Positions 14,501 through 28,300 of a stretch of DNA of 64,000 nucleotides are shown here, in pieces (position 1 is the first letter of the stretch; every line of letters starts with the position of its first letter). The position numbers were made by a program, and so were the translations under genes. The DNA comes from Schmidtea nova (Eukaryota), in the NCBI GenBank assembly GCA_044892505.1, contig CM097883.1, forward strand, positions 391,406,001-391,470,000. The letters run 5' to 3'. The notes beneath the pieces were generated by a model. It was not told the DNA's origin. It made no database searches and saw only the letters and a program-made list of their open reading frames with translations.

Positions 14501-17500
14501 TGGCCTTACTTTTGCGTGTACTGGATTTCCATTGGTTATTATTGCATGTTCAGTTATGTGTTCTGAATCATCGCTAAATTGTACTGGTTCAGTTAATTCA
14601 CTGAATTGGTTCAGTAGTTTGCAAATTTCTGGGGTTGTTTTTTTTTGTTGAAAAAGAACTTTGTTTTCATTGTTTATTAAAACAACGCCTATGTCCATCT
14701 TCGGCTTGGTTTCACATATCATGATGTGTTGTATATTTGTTGTGTTTGAATTTTCTATAAGTCTTTTGTTTTTGCAGTCGACCAGAAAATTATATTTCGA
14801 TAAGAAATCTGCACCTATTATTGCTTGTTGAACTTCGGCTATCGCGAATGTCCACTTGTAAGGTTTGTTGTTTATTGTTAGGGTTATATCCTGTTCACCA
14901 AAAGTTTTTTATGTTAGATCCATTGGCTGCAGTTAGTAGTTTGCTTTGATTTTTTTGTATTTTTGTACAAAATATGTGGTAATAGTGATATCACTGAACC
15001 TGTGTCCACTAGGAATTCTATTTTATTTGAACACACTGAAAAAGTTGTATGTTTATTGTCGAATGTTGGTGTTATTACTGGTAACGTTTTCAGTTTTTCT
15101 GTATTTGTTTGGCCAAATGTAGGAGCAACTACTGACAAACTTTTCAATTTTTCTGTATTTTTTTCGTTGTATCTACATGGTTTTGTGCATTTGAATGCTT
15201 TTTCTCCAAATTTGCAATGGAAGTAACACCATTCTTGGTTTGATAATCTGATTTCTGGTTTCCAGAATTTTTGTCTATTTCCAGATTCTTTGTTTTTATT
15301 GTTATAAAAGTTTTGGTGTTGATTTCCTGAGTTTGGTTTTGGCCTATTGAGCCTGTACGATATTTGATTTGGACAGTAGGTTTGTTTTAGATTTTTTTCT
15401 TTAATTTCTTTTAGTTCTGATTTGAACCTTTTGTTTTCAGTTGCTATTTTGTCTAGTTGACTTATCACATTACTAAGAATTTTATTTGTTTCGCTGAATT
15501 CAGTTCTTTCGGTTTCCTCTTCATCTTGTTCATGGTTGGGTATTTTATTTTTGTTATCCTGAGTACTGTTAATACTGAGGTAAGCTCCTGTATTTATTTT
15601 ATGGGCCATGCCTGTCAACATTTTATTTTCAATTTCGTTATTTTCAGTTGTCAACTTTTGCACTGTTCTTTGCTCATTTGAGTCAAAGTTTGCTATTTTT
15701 GCTTCGACGTACTCTTTATTCTGTTTTTGAGGTTTTGTGAAATTATTTTGGGTATTATCTATTTGTCTGTTATTTGGGAAAGATTCTTGTATTTGTTTTT
15801 TATTTGTTTCATCCCTATTTGCTAATATGCCGTAGAGTTTTTCAAAAGGGTTTTTGTTATTGAAAATTTCATCTATTTGATCGACTAATTCAGTGCGGAT
15901 ATGACTTGGAATTGCCGTTAAAATTTTCGAGCATATTAGTTTTGGTGAGGTTATTCTACTTAAGGATAGTGTCAATTTAGCTAGTTTTAACTAAGCTTGC
16001 ACCGAACCTTCTTCGTTGATAAAAAATTGTGGGATTGGGTTAATCATGGGATTATGTGTGTGTGTGTTTTCTGGGTTAAAATAATAATGGCTATTTTCCC
16101 TTTGCCTTTGGGTGTTTTCGTCGTTGTAATAATAATTATTGTTTTGTTGTTGGGGTTGTGTATTTTCGTTGTCTATGGGTGTTTGTGAAGTGTTTGGGTT
16201 TGCTTGGTTCGATGCCATTTAATTGTATTGCTGTTGTTTGTTCTGTTGTTTTTTACATGTGAAAACAATGAGATTGACTGAAGGATATAGCCTACTGTGT
16301 TCGGCTAAAAGTGACGTTAATCCTTATACCTCTATAATAGGTATGCTGAAGGCGTTAGCGTTTGAAAAACAATGACGATATATAGAAATGAAAAATAATA
16401 TACCAATAAAACAGTTACGCAATCTAACAAATTTTTATTAACCAATGATAACCAAAAAAGAACCACGAAAATTTTACTTTTTATAATATAGTTGTTCGGT
16501 AAGGTTTCTTTTGGAATAATACAGTTGTTTTGGAAGGTTTCTTCGGGAAAAATATAGTTGTTTTGAGGTAGGCTTCTTTTAAAATAATATCGTTATATTG
16601 GGAAGATTTCTTTGGGAATAATATAGTTGTTTTGGGATAGGTTTCTTTTAGAAAATATAGATGATTTGGAAAACTGTATAAAATTTGATAAATCTTCTGC
16701 ATAAATAAAATTGACTTGAATTTTCTTTTAGCATAATATATAATTTTTTTTTATCAATTTTTTTTTGTTGCTTACTATAGTTATTTACTATAGTAAGCAT
16801 TATTCAAAATTTTAATTTTAATAATATTACATTAATTTTAATATAATATAAAAATTAACCAAAAAAGGGGGGGGCTTCCGCCTACACCATAATATAAAAA
16901 ATAATAAAGACGATAACCGTTATCCTACATTTCTGTACATTACAATATCCATATATCTATATCCAAAGTCATTCCGCAAGAATGATCAAGTTCAATTAGC
17001 TGATGCTGGCTGGTAGAGTGTTCTCACAAAGGTAATTGAGCACCAACTTAAAATTTACTTCACATATACTTGAATTGAATAAAATTCAATATGTTCTCAA
17101 ATGACAACATAATGAATATAAAGTTATTGTATTCAATAAAATTTAAAATATATATATTTTCAGATAATAAAACCTATCATGTGGTAAATCTGTCAGTGTT
17201 TTGGATGATTCCACAATGTATTCTCTTGAGTTTCAGTGAGATTTTAGTTATTCCAACTTGTGAGTAAAATAGTCATTATTCATAAATATAGAAAATCATC
17301 AAAAATACATAGAGATACAATGACATACAAGAAATATTATCATACTAATGTGCTAAATACATACAAAATATTAAAAATACATCATACACACATTTTCAAT
17401 TTTTAAAGCTAATCTTGAGTCAATGCATATTTTTCATCAGCTCCCAATAACTTTTATTGATATTTTGACTTAAATATTTTGCATTGTAAAAAATTGTATA

Positions 17501-20500
17501 AAAATAAATTTTTCCCATTTTCGCAAGGGCCTGCTATTTGAAAAACCACATTATTTCTTAATCTCATTTTTATTTAATTAATTATTATTGTTTATAATTG
17601 TTTTATTAATCAAAGAATATGTAGCAACATCAATTATAGAAGCACATGTTTAGTTCCCGGCATGATATTTCTAAATGAAAAATTGAAACAAGTTGTAGAT
17701 AGAAGCAGTAAACAACCCATCATCTTTTTAGTACTGGAACGTGTCGGTTAATGGTATGCAAGCAACGGTAGATGTCGGAAAATTTATAAATTTATACGAA
17801 TTACAAATGAAGCATCATTGCTGGTTCGAACCTAAAATATTCCCAGCATTAAGCCTACAGAAATTGGATTCAGTATTTTCCAGTGGAAACGTTGTTATGC
17901 TTGGAATTAAAACTTTGGAATATAATAATTATGCAAAAATATTTTTAATGAAATAGATATATTAATTAATTAATTAAATTTTGTTTTATGACTTGAATGG
18001 TCGTGTGAATATCCATATATGCGTTCATAGTCAGTGGTGATCTGAAAAGGTTAAAAGAAACTTTATTGAGAAATACAGTATAATTTCTGTATGCATTTAA
18101 TAATAATTTTGTTTCTTAATGATTATTGTAGGTTATTAAAGCATTTATTTAAACTACAATGAAGCTAATGGTGAGTTTGTGAAGTCTTATTATTTTGATT
18201 TAAAAATTTTTAATTTCTAGAGCGCAAATAATGTTTCGCGCTTGGGCCATAATACATAATTGACCAGGTTTGACTTTATCAAAACTAATCTCTTAATCAA
18301 TTATTAAATATTTAATTAATGCTGTTAATAATAAACTCTCATTTTTCAAATATCTTTATGTTGATACAAAAGTGACAGTAAAAATTGTAGTAAAAAGTTT
18401 CAACGATTTAATAGGTAATATTTATCGAAAACATTTGATAACCTTTAAACATAAACATTTATAGTGGTTTCGATAGTTATAATAATCTTTACTTGAAAAT
18501 TAATTAATTAAATACATTTTGTCAATAATAACGAAATATATACAAATCGTTATAATTTAAAATTTTTAAAGACTAAATCAAAATTCTGTTGATTGTTTGA
18601 TACACGATATTTCGGCACAGCCTTTATCAAGTGTGTATTTGAATCGTTATATTAACTTGATCTTAAATAGTAAATATGATTATTTATTTTATATTTAAAA
18701 TTGATTTTATTGAATTAATATTGATTTTATTTAATTTTAATCTTTAAACATTTTTTGTGTGAATTGAATTTTGAACGATCAATGTTTTTTGATAATAGAA
18801 GATTAAGAAGCTAATCTTTGTAATGGATTTTGTAATAGATTTTTGTTTCGGATATAAATGGGATCATTTTATGCACTTTCTCTTAGCGTTCCTGATTTTT
18901 AGTGAATTCATTAAATCAAGTGTGAAAAGTTCTGTGTTTCTTTTATATAAATAGCGTCGCATTTTAAACAGATAAGTTTTTATACTATATTTTCGAAAAA
19001 AATCTACTGGTCGTAGAACAACAAATACATTTATGTTTAAATAAGTTTGATATTGGTGGCTTTTGAAGTTTTGATTTTAAATGTTTAGAAGTGATAAAAG
19101 TTGGACGGATATGGATAGGCAATTCTATTTTAATGAAAATGTCTGTGATTTTATTGCTGTAGAGTCGGCAATCTTAGATGTGTTTTATATTTGTTATTGT
19201 GTTTTGTATTTCGATCGTTTCCTATTGTTGCGTAAATTGTGGTTTTGTTCGTTAAGAAAGTATTTCGTTAAATATTCCTCAAGTTATTAATTCTAGAGGA
19301 GACGTATTTTTAAGTTTTCTAAGGTTTTTTGTATTTTCTTTGTGTCTGAATAGTTTCTTATAGCTCTTTTTCCTTTATCTATTAGAAATGCGATTTTTTA
19401 TTGAAGTGGAACGTGACATTTCCACGAGAGGATATGACTAATCTATAAACCTTTACAATATAGATCAGTTTTGGTAGTGAGCGTGTCTGAACATCTTGTG
19501 AAACTTACCATGTTATCTAAAAATAGATTTTGCCTTCTGCGTTAGGTAATTCGTACGTTCATTGTATATTGGCGTTAATTGAATTTATGTACGATAAGAT
19601 GAGATGGGGAGTGAGACTATGAAGGTTTCATTGATGAATTTCTTCCACAAAAGTATTTCTTTTTCAAAAATGACCTAATTTTAGATTCTTTTAAGTGCAT
19701 GTAGAAGATTCCTAAAAGAGAAGAAATGTAATTATCTATGACTAATTCATGAATTTGTTTGAGTGATTTTTCTTTGATTATTACAAAGCTTGGGTTTATT
19801 TCTTATTTTAGTAATTCTATAATATCTGGTTCAGATAAGTCAGTGATGTTAGTGTTTGCTTTATGAATTTCAAAGAAATAAGCTGCGATGCTAAAATTCT
19901 CTCCGCAAAGAGGGATAGATCCGTAAAGATTGGAGACATCAGGAGATCCCCAGAAGTATTGTTGTCCTGAGTTTAACAGAAGAAACATATTTCTAATTTC
20001 AAAGTTGAATTTATTTGTGTTTTAAGACGAAAAGGAACAAAAGACAAAGCTGTTTTGATGATTTCTGAAAGAACTTTAGAAATCTTTGTAGGAAATAGAA
20101 CTCTGCCGCAGATATGAGGTTTTAAATGATTTTTGTGGTCTTTATTATTAGGGAATTACTAGTCATATTACTAGGTAAAGGCTCACTAATGTTACATTTT
20201 AAAAGTAAGCCTCTGATTTGAAAGTCTGTATATTTCTTGGCAAGCATTGACAGTTTGTCATTGAATGTATTTGAGTGAATACAAATAAGATGATTTTGTC
20301 TAATGGTTCTTAGTTCAAAAGATGTACTCCAAATAAAGTGTTGCATTGTTCTGTGTCAACGGCAACTAGTTAGTTTGTTTTATCAGACGACAAAATAGTG
20401 AAATATTTGGAATTGTTAATTTTTATGTTTGAAGTGAAAGATTTTCTGTTAAAAGATGTTTTTCAAGATAGTTTGTTTCTTAATTAAGGCGTTGATTTTA

Positions 20501-21893
20501 CTTTCTAAAAAGCAAGCTTTTCTTCAAGGTCAGTCGAAAAACTGGCATATTTCGATATGTTCTACTATTTGGGTCAAGAAAAAGATTGTAAGTTTCGGCT
20601 ATACTCGAGGATTTAGTGGATAATTTTGGATAACTTTTCCTTACAAATGCCAAATTCTTTTAACACAAAAACCTGATAAAAAATAAAATCACTAATCCAT
20701 TAGTTAAAAAAATTTGAGCTCGGTAAACAACCAGAAAAATAAAATAAACAATGAATTTGGAGCAAATTAACTTTTGAATATAATGAAGAAAGCTCACAGT
20801 AGGACAAATAACATTTCTTTAAATAGAAAATTGTAAAGAAATCTCAAAGAGAAGACTGTCTAAGGACTGTCAAAGAAATATGATTAGGTTCAAATGTTAT
20901 TAATTAAATGGAATGCTTTGTTATATAAAGGAAGTGAATATCATAAACAATTGGCATTTTAGCGTCAATTAAAAATTGACAAAGAAGCAGAGAATAAAAA
21001 TAAAGAGGTTAATTATTTTTTAAATTATTAAATTAAAATTTTGATAAAGTATGGAGAAGATTATTATTAATTAATTTGTTTAGATTTGGCATATTTTCTA
21101 TTTTATTATTGATTATCCTGATTGCTGCCTGAAGAAGATTGTTATACAATCAGAATATATCGCGTTTATGTTGAATTTACTGAGTTGGCGTTTTTCTATT
21201 ATTAAATCATTGCCACGTTTTTTTGATTATTAATTATTTTATATATAAATTGAGTTAAAGAAAAATTTATTGTTTTGACGAATGGCAACTTAAAATAAAT
21301 ATTGTTGAAAATAATTCGCTCTGATTTATAGATATTGATTAAAGGTGAATATTGTTGTGGACTTATTTTCTGTGAATATAGTTGTGATTATTTGTAAATA
21401 TTGTTTTATTGAAATTACTTTCTTATTAATTAATTAATGAACTAGAAGTGTCAGATTGAAACCGGTTGTTTACTGATATATTCATTATATCCAGACGATT
21501 TTTGACTCAATTTCAGAAATTATCTTTCTTAAAAAACATATTTTCTACTTAAAATGTTTATAATTTATTTATTTTTAAGGTGTCGAATACGTTATACTTG
21601 AATCGGAAAGAAGTGTGAAATATTTCTCAATGGCACTAATAGTCAGTGCTGTAAATATTGGTGGTATTTCGGATTTCATAACAACATTTTTGGATTTTAA
21701 AGGGGTTTGTCGTTCGGAATTTGATTCAAATAGAAATTTCATCCATCGACTGGATTATGTGCTGTATATAATTTGTTCTGTCTCAGTCTTATCACTTATT
21801 GTTAGCATCTTTTTGATGGTTCGTTTTAAAGCATATTTCTCGATGAATGAATTCAGAAGACTAGATGAAGTAAACCCATTAAATACAACTTGA
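8525..21893 (+). CDS. SLC15/POT-family peptide/histidine transporter, paralogue A (3' exons; SLC15A3/A4-like)
   Basis: Exons 8525-8654, 8696-8758, 12673-12928, 17164-17259 and 21580-21893 have GT-AG borders and splice in frame. The product contains LIPFGICDSQ...FQSNSL, ICGSLESYRL and TYHVVNLSVFWMIPQCILLSFSEIL, matching recalled SLC15A4 motifs (IPYWTVYFQ, AGILESKRL, YHAADLSLWWQVPQY...SEI). 5' exons not resolved; a candidate lies near 1638-1700. Confidence 0.8.
8975..9180. mobile_element. Diverged copy of the foldback palindromic MITE family
   Basis: ...CATAATGGTAAGACTATAGATCAAAATTTC...TTGATAAAGGCTCTGCCGAAATATT...GATCTATAGTCTTACCATTATG, an imperfect palindrome related to 10951-11157. Confidence 0.75.
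9224..9436. mobile_element. Tc1/mariner-pogo-like MITE
   Basis: TA-flanked at both ends (9222-9223, 9437-9438). Imperfect TIRs CACCTATACCTCGTTACACGGCC and CATCTGTCGCTCGTTATACGGCC. Confidence 0.65.
9841..10078. mobile_element. piggyBac-like MITE
   Basis: TTAA on both sides (9837-9840, 10079-10082). Ends CCCTTTGAGTCC and, in reverse complement, CTCTTTGAACCC. Confidence 0.6.
10951..11157. mobile_element. Foldback (near-perfect palindromic) MITE with arms of about 98 bp
   Basis: Left arm TATTATTATCAATAATTCTCATAATGACTATAGATC...GCACAGCCTTTATCAAGTGTGTATT is the reverse complement of 11060-11157 except for a T/A-run length difference. Confidence 0.9.
12291..12382. mobile_element. Single arm of the foldback MITE
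   Basis: Near-identical to the left arm of 10951-11050. Confidence 0.85.
13455..14722 (-). pseudogene. pol: Gypsy reverse transcriptase and RNase H fragments
   Basis: ORFs 14372-14722, 13844-14176, 13647-13868 and 13345-13734 give successive RT and RNase H motifs in different frames. Confidence 0.9.
14914..16218 (-). pseudogene. gag-pro: Gypsy gag-protease, interrupted by one in-frame TAG
   Basis: ORFs 15991-16218 and 14914-15975 are in the same frame. The stop falls where a conserved Trp is expected (VQA*LKLA). Confidence 0.8.
16485..16675. repeat. Degenerate tandem repeat of about 33 bp, about 6 units, in the Gypsy leader
   Basis: Recurring AATATAGTTGTTTT(G/T)G...AGGTTTCTT...GG units. 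Confidence 0.7.
17600..20400. mobile_element. Decayed Polinton relic A (TBP-like fragment on +, pPolB fragments on -)
   Basis: 17650-17956 aligns to the TBP-like ORF of the intact element (QVVDRSSKQPIIF; FEPKIFPAL...FSSGNVVMLGIK). Minus-strand 18800-20350 gives ordered pPolB remnants: DVSNLYG, HYQN, KTLENLKIRL and HLY. Heavily frameshifted; lies in intron 17260-21579. Confidence 0.65.
17741..17956 (+). pseudogene. TBP-like gene fragment (relic A)
   Basis: VDVGKFINLYEL...FEPKIFPALSLQK...FSSGNVVMLGIK, matching the second TBP repeat. Confidence 0.7.
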
Positions 21894-24800
21894 AATATTT
21901 TGTGAGACTTGTTTTTAGAATCTTATTTTATTAAATAATTAAATAAGATTCAGTGATCAATAGTTTAAAATAGAGCTACGTCTAAATAATTACCCAGCTG
22001 TGTGTTTTAATAATTTGGCTGTATTAATTTTCATTTTACACCGTCTTTCACTCACTAAAAGCAGCTATAATATAAAATTAAGTTATTATATAGAAAATGC
22101 GTACACTTTTCTGTGTGTTAGCGATGTGTTTCCAATGAATAAAAGCACTATTATAGAGTCAAAATATGGGGCAGAAAAAACTAAACATACTAAATGCAAG
22201 AAATATAAAAATGCATGCTTTTATTTTTACCAATGAAAACGGCGAAAATGCTTTGGGAATATGCAAATATATTACATTTAATGCATTTTTATCTGTAAAC
22301 TTTTATGTATTTTACACGGTATAGTTTAGTAGTTACTCATAATTATATTTTGTAGAAGATTATTTCACCAGTTTTATTTTAAATGGTAAACAAGAAAATT
22401 GTTTTATAAAGATAACTTTTAGGGCTTTTATTTTGATCTCGTAATGATATGAGATCACTTTACAAAGATTTTGAAAGATTATCTTTGTCCTACAATTTTA
22501 ATTTTATTTAATTTTTAAATACTGTGTAAGAAATAATGATTTTATATGTTTTGGAAATTGTTTAGATTAAAAGTAAGTTAAGAAATCATTTTTAGCGAAG
22601 ATTTATTTTAAAGAAATATTAACTCAAAATTTCTATTTATCTATGAAATTTCTTTGTGGATATTCCAAGGAAATCTTTCAAATCGGAAGTAGTTTTTGCT
22701 ATCATACATGGCTTTGATTATTCTGATTTAGTAGATTTCGGAAATTACATCATATTTTTACTTTTTATTTCAAACATTGTCAAATTTTATTGTCCTGCAT
22801 TATCTGAAATTTCTAAAATATATCAATTGCTGTATAAATAATATTTATATTATGTTTAGTTGTCTACAAATTGAAAATAATTAGACGATATTATTTCTTT
22901 GGCGTCTGAAAATTAAAATTCTTTGCAAAATAAATTTTGGAAATATATTAAATTTTATATTAAAATTAATTAAAGTAAAACTTACTACGTTATTAATCCA
23001 TTTTCTCGACAACTCTCCTAGGAAATATTGAAAATTTTAACCCAAAAACCATATTTTAAAAATAAATAAATTTATTTTCAATCTCTTAATCGCGTAAAAT
23101 AAATTGACTTTTAAAGTTTGTATGTATTTTACAGTGTGTATGTAATATGTTTGTCTTCCACTTTTTATACGACATATTAAATCTCTTATACTATGTCAAG
23201 TCAAAATTTAACACCAACAGAAGTTTTAATTTGATATTGGTAACTTTTAACTTATACTATAGAATATCTTAATGTATGGAAACAGATGTGATACTGAATA
23301 CCACATTATATAATACTAGTTGATGTGACAGTCCGATTGTTCAGTGATTTATTTGATATTTATTTAGTACGTGAAGTACGTGATTTCAATAATAATTATT
23401 TAATTATCATTTTCATATAATTTTGTAGATATTTTTAAAATATGACAATTTAAACAAAAAATATTATAATATTGATAAAAGATAATTAGAGGCAATAGAT
23501 ATGAAAATTAATGTAACTGGCGATATATAAATATCGACTAAATGTAGAAAACCAAATTATTAATCTCAGGGATGCTGGGAAAGTGATGATACTAAAAATA
23601 GAAATTACGTATTGTACTTTAAAATAAGGGAAATTTCGCTGAGTAAACAGCATAATGGGCAAATAAAATGTGTTGACAGAGAGAGTAAAGATTTTACTAT
23701 ATATACGGACTGATTTCTCAGTCAAACCACCCAAAAATCAAAAGCCTTAAAGAAGAGTTGTAAATTCAATAAATTGATATTACAACATAATTTGAGCATA
23801 CCTATTTACACATCCGAGCTCAGGAAGCTGCAAATATTCACACACACACGCATCTATACATATATAAAATATAAGTTGAAATTGATAAATATATTTTTAT
23901 CTGTGAGGTAATTGTTTAGTTTTTATCAAATTTGTAAATTGTTATAATTTAAATAAATTTTTGAAAAGAACCAGTCTTTGACTTATTTATTAATATAAGT
24001 TCATCAATTTGAGATTCTTGGAACCTCAACACAAAGAACCACATGAAAATTCGATGGAAAAGATCACTGCTAGTATATTAAATACAAAAAAGTATGAAAA
24101 GGTATAATTTATTCAAAATTAGAGAAAAATTCCTAAATAAATATTGTTAAAATAACAGAAATCGTAAAGAAATTATATTAGGAATAAATTGTATTGTTTA
24201 AATCAATCAATTATCTTGTGGCAAATGACGCCATATTGAATACACGCATAGTTTTAATAGAAAGTATTTAAAAATTAATGAATTAATTTTTAAATTAAAG
24301 TAATTTTTTAACGACTAAACATGCAAATTGAATTATAAATGTTTGTAATTAATTCACATGGTGAACAGAATGTGTAGGCGTAACACTCTAAATGAGCATA
24401 AATACAATGCTGATAATCATTATTTCAACTTATTACTTTTAAGAACTTTGATTTACTTTTGTTAATTACTCGCTAGCCAGCCAACGTCAGTTTCATTGAA
24501 AAACATTAGTCTATGGTTGGACGATGAGGGTAGGCCCATCGACTCATTCGTTTTGAGTAAATATTATAAAACGGGCCAATAAGTACAGAGTAAATGTGTA
24601 CTCAGAAAACTCGTAATAGCTCACAATATCATAATCTGTCAACCAAATTCTTCAATCAACTCTTAAAGCTCCTAATCGATATGACAACATCAAATTTCGA
24701 AAGATCAAATCACCCTTCAGATTATTTTGTGAACTTTACATTCTGTGAATTCTATTATGATTTAAAACTAGTTTATATTGTGATTTAGTTTTAGTTTTAG

Positions 24801-24953
24801 TATTTATTTTTATTTTATTTATTTTTTAAGTATTTATTTTATTTTAGTTGTAAGAATTATTTAAATGATATTATTTTGTAAATAATTTAGTTCTATCATT
24901 TATCGATGTTAATAATTTTCAGTAGAAATAATTATCGGATGTATCATTTAATG

Positions 24954-25343
24954 CAGGGATTCCCAACCTTGGGTACGCGTACCAGAACCGGTACGCGGGC
25001 AAGAAGCTACCGGTACGCGAATTACTTTACTATATATAAAACAAAAATCTATTAAAAATCTGTTTTGCGAAACAAACATGACTACAATAACCCATAAATT
25101 TTAATATTTTAAAATTTCTTATCCATTGTTGGTGTTGTAATACTTTATTCAATAAAAGTTATTTTTAAGTCATAATTATATTTCATTTATATGTTCAGCA
25201 GTAAATATATATCCAAAGTTACTTGTCTTTATTACAAATCTCCATTGCATTTTATACCCCATTAAAAAATTAGGTTTACCGGTACGCCATCAAATTGTTT
25301 ACAACGTACAGGTACGTTACTATGAAAAGGTTGAGAACCCCTG
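24954..25343. mobile_element. Non-autonomous hAT element (390 bp)
   Basis: TIRs CAGGGATTCCCAACCT and CAGGGGTTCTCAACCT. Perfect 8-bp TSD ATTTAATG (24946-24953, 25344-25351). Subterminal GGTACGCG repeats. Confidence 0.95.
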
Positions 25344-28300
25344 ATTTAATGCATATAAATAATTGTCAAATAAATATAGTCAATTTTAAATAATTATAAT
25401 TAGAGTGTAATCGGCCAAACGAAAAGACAGTATAAATACAGTTGTTTAAAACGACAAATTCGCCAAAAACTGAAATTAACATTAGCGGATATTTCTAACT
25501 CTGTTAAGTACAAATCTTAAAAAGTTACCAAAAAGGAACAGTTGTTCAGTATAATAATGTTTTAAGATATCAAGTGTATATTTTTAAATAAATTAAAGAA
25601 ATAGCGAGTGTGAAGGTTTTATGCTGTTGTAATTTGTGTAATGGTAATCTTGGAGGTTATATTGTGTTAGAGTTGATAGAAAATGATAAAAATGAAAGCG
25701 AGGAAACCTACAAACCTAAAAATATATAAAGTACAAAAAATATTACAATTTTGGAAAAAATTAAAAATTAATATTTTCCGGGTGAAACAGATATGGTTGA
25801 AAGCAAAATAGAAAGAAGAAATACAAATATAATTATAAATTTTGGTAATGGGTCCTTAGAGAATGAAATAGAAAAAGATAAATTAATTAAAATTAGTTAA
25901 TCCCCTAATGGAAATTTCGAGCCAATGGAAAAACCGAGGATAATACAAAGTCCGTATAGTGTAGGAAACCCGAGATTTGAAGAGAACCGAGTCGTATGGG
26001 AAGGCCAGGTAATCAATAAAATAATTAATGTCATTTAGAGTAAATTGCCCATTGAGTATACCCGGGCAAGCTGCTCCGGAATTAGCAATTTTTAAAATAA
26101 AAGCTGTTGAAAGAAGAAGGACAGCAAAACCATGGTAACAGAGACTAAGAGTCAACCATTGATATAATGAGCTAAAGATTAGTAAAATTATAAGAGAAAC
26201 AAATTTGTGTGTAAATTATTAACTATATTGACGTCCTGAAAATGTGATTTACCTTTTGGTTACCTGCCTTACATCAATTAACCTTTTTGCCGAAAGATGA
26301 GTGCAAATACAGTGATTTGTTTTTTTGAAGAGTCAATAAATTTGTTCTGTGTTTTTTTCTATCAATTGATTTTAAAGAAAGGACACAAGGAGTCAGAGAT
26401 TAACCAACTTTTTTAATAATAAGCTTAAGAATAGTTTAAGAATAGTATTACACCTAACGCCGGATTTACTCGGTTTTGAAATTTAAAATAAAAAAACCAG
26501 GAAAAAACTCAGAATTTCATTGACACCAATATTATTAAAAATAAAGCTTTGAAAATTTATGAAAAATTAAGAGTCAGTTACCTTCCTCCTCTGTAACTGA
26601 AACAAAGATGTCATTTTCAGCAAGCCACCTGTCTAAAATTGTTGTAAATCTATCAGTCATTGAACCATAACCGTATGAAGTACCATCTTGCGACGAAAGT
26701 GATATCGTACAAACGAAAGTAAAGAAATTAATAGTAGTTTCTGATGACAGTGAATAAGTTTTATTACGCGTAATTAAAAATATGTAAAATGAAGGATAAT
26801 TATGTTTGTTAGTGTACTTTATGAATTATTGTATTATTATTTTTTAAATATAAAAATATTGTACGTTGAATTGTGAGTATTTTAGGGTGTTTTTCGATTT
26901 ACACAGTTTTACATGGCAAAACTTAAACCAGATTTATGCAGTTTATGCAGGAACGTATCGTCAACGTAAATTGGGGGTTAGGTATACAACAAATATTTGA
27001 GATAGATTTTATTTTTTATTATTTTATTACTCTGACTGAAATGGTTTTAATGGAATAGAATCGAGTATTCAAAGGCCTATAATTAATTTTGCACATTTTT
27101 CATTTCTATTCAATTTTTTGTAAATTTATACTCCAAAAAAATTTATTCTTTCAAAATTTACAATTCTAATAATTTACAAATCGGTCTCTACTACAATTAC
27201 ACAAATTGAAAAATAATTTAGTGAACTCGGACATGCTCAAAAACACTTTAGTAGCACTTTGATCACAGTTGAAATAGTTTTCGTGTTGAATTTTAAAAAT
27301 CAAACCTATTTAAATATATAGTAAAAATATAGTGAAAAAAATTTTTAATTTGCGTTTTATCTCGACAATTTTATTTATTTATTAAACAAGTTTATGTTAG
27401 TTTTATTAATAGTAATTAAGTAATATAAATATAATTCAAATAATTCTAAACTTATTTATTATTTTAAATTAGTCATAAAAATTAAAATTTGTAAAAAAAC
27501 TGATTAAGCTTTCTTAATTCGAAAACATGAAAAAAATTGTAATCAAATAATATTTTTGTTTGAATTGACTAAATTTATCAAATTTTAACATTCCCGTATT
27601 TCAAAAATAAGCTGAAATATTTTACAATAATGTCATCAGCTGATTTGAATAAGCGAGTTGTATTTTTATTTTTTGTGATTTATTTATGCATAAATTCAAC
27701 ATTTTTATATGTTTTTCAATTTATTGAATTAAATAAAAATACAATGAAATATTCAAATACGCCCTTGGTTCTTGTATTTGTTGACTGCGTCATATTGCTT
27801 CTAGGGGGAATAGTAGCCAGTATTTCTGTTTCAGCAAATGTTTCAATATTAATTTGTTATTTTCACAGCATTCATAATTCGTGCGCAGTATTTATTCTAT
27901 TTATCAATTGGATGTTTTGTGATTGGAGTTATAACTTTGGAATTGAAATCTCCATTTTCCGAGTCAGCCTCGTTTTGGGTACCGAATGTTCTAATTAGAA
28001 TATCATTTGGCTTGTTTCAATTTATCTATTTTGTTGCGTTGATTGATCAAGTAATTCATGCTTATTATTTGATTTGTTAATGATATTCGGATGTAGAATG
28101 ATAGAAAGTATATAAAATTTAATGCAGGCCTCTTTCTATTTGCCAACAACTGTTGTTATTTGATTGTGTACACGTTCACTCCCAATATTGATGACGAAGA
28201 AAAATTTCAAAATTTAAAATATGCGCGTCTAGTGTTAGCCGGACTGGGGGCCGTCTTGGTGACCATTGGTAAACATTTGAAAGTTTTCATTATTTTAACG

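Larger units (their letters stand above)
13455..16886 (-). mobile_element. Ty3/Gypsy LTR retrotransposon relic, CsRN1-like clade, truncated at the 3' end after RNase H
   Basis: Gag with C-X2-H-X9-C-X3-C (CYFHCKFGEKAFKCTKPC), protease FLVDTGS, RT (MPFGLRNAAATFQR, YLDDILI) and RNase H (TDCSGFAMGA...YSTFDRELLAI). One in-frame TAG at 15991-15993 and several frameshifts; no integrase. Antisense within the SLC15 intron 12929-17163. Confidence 0.9.
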
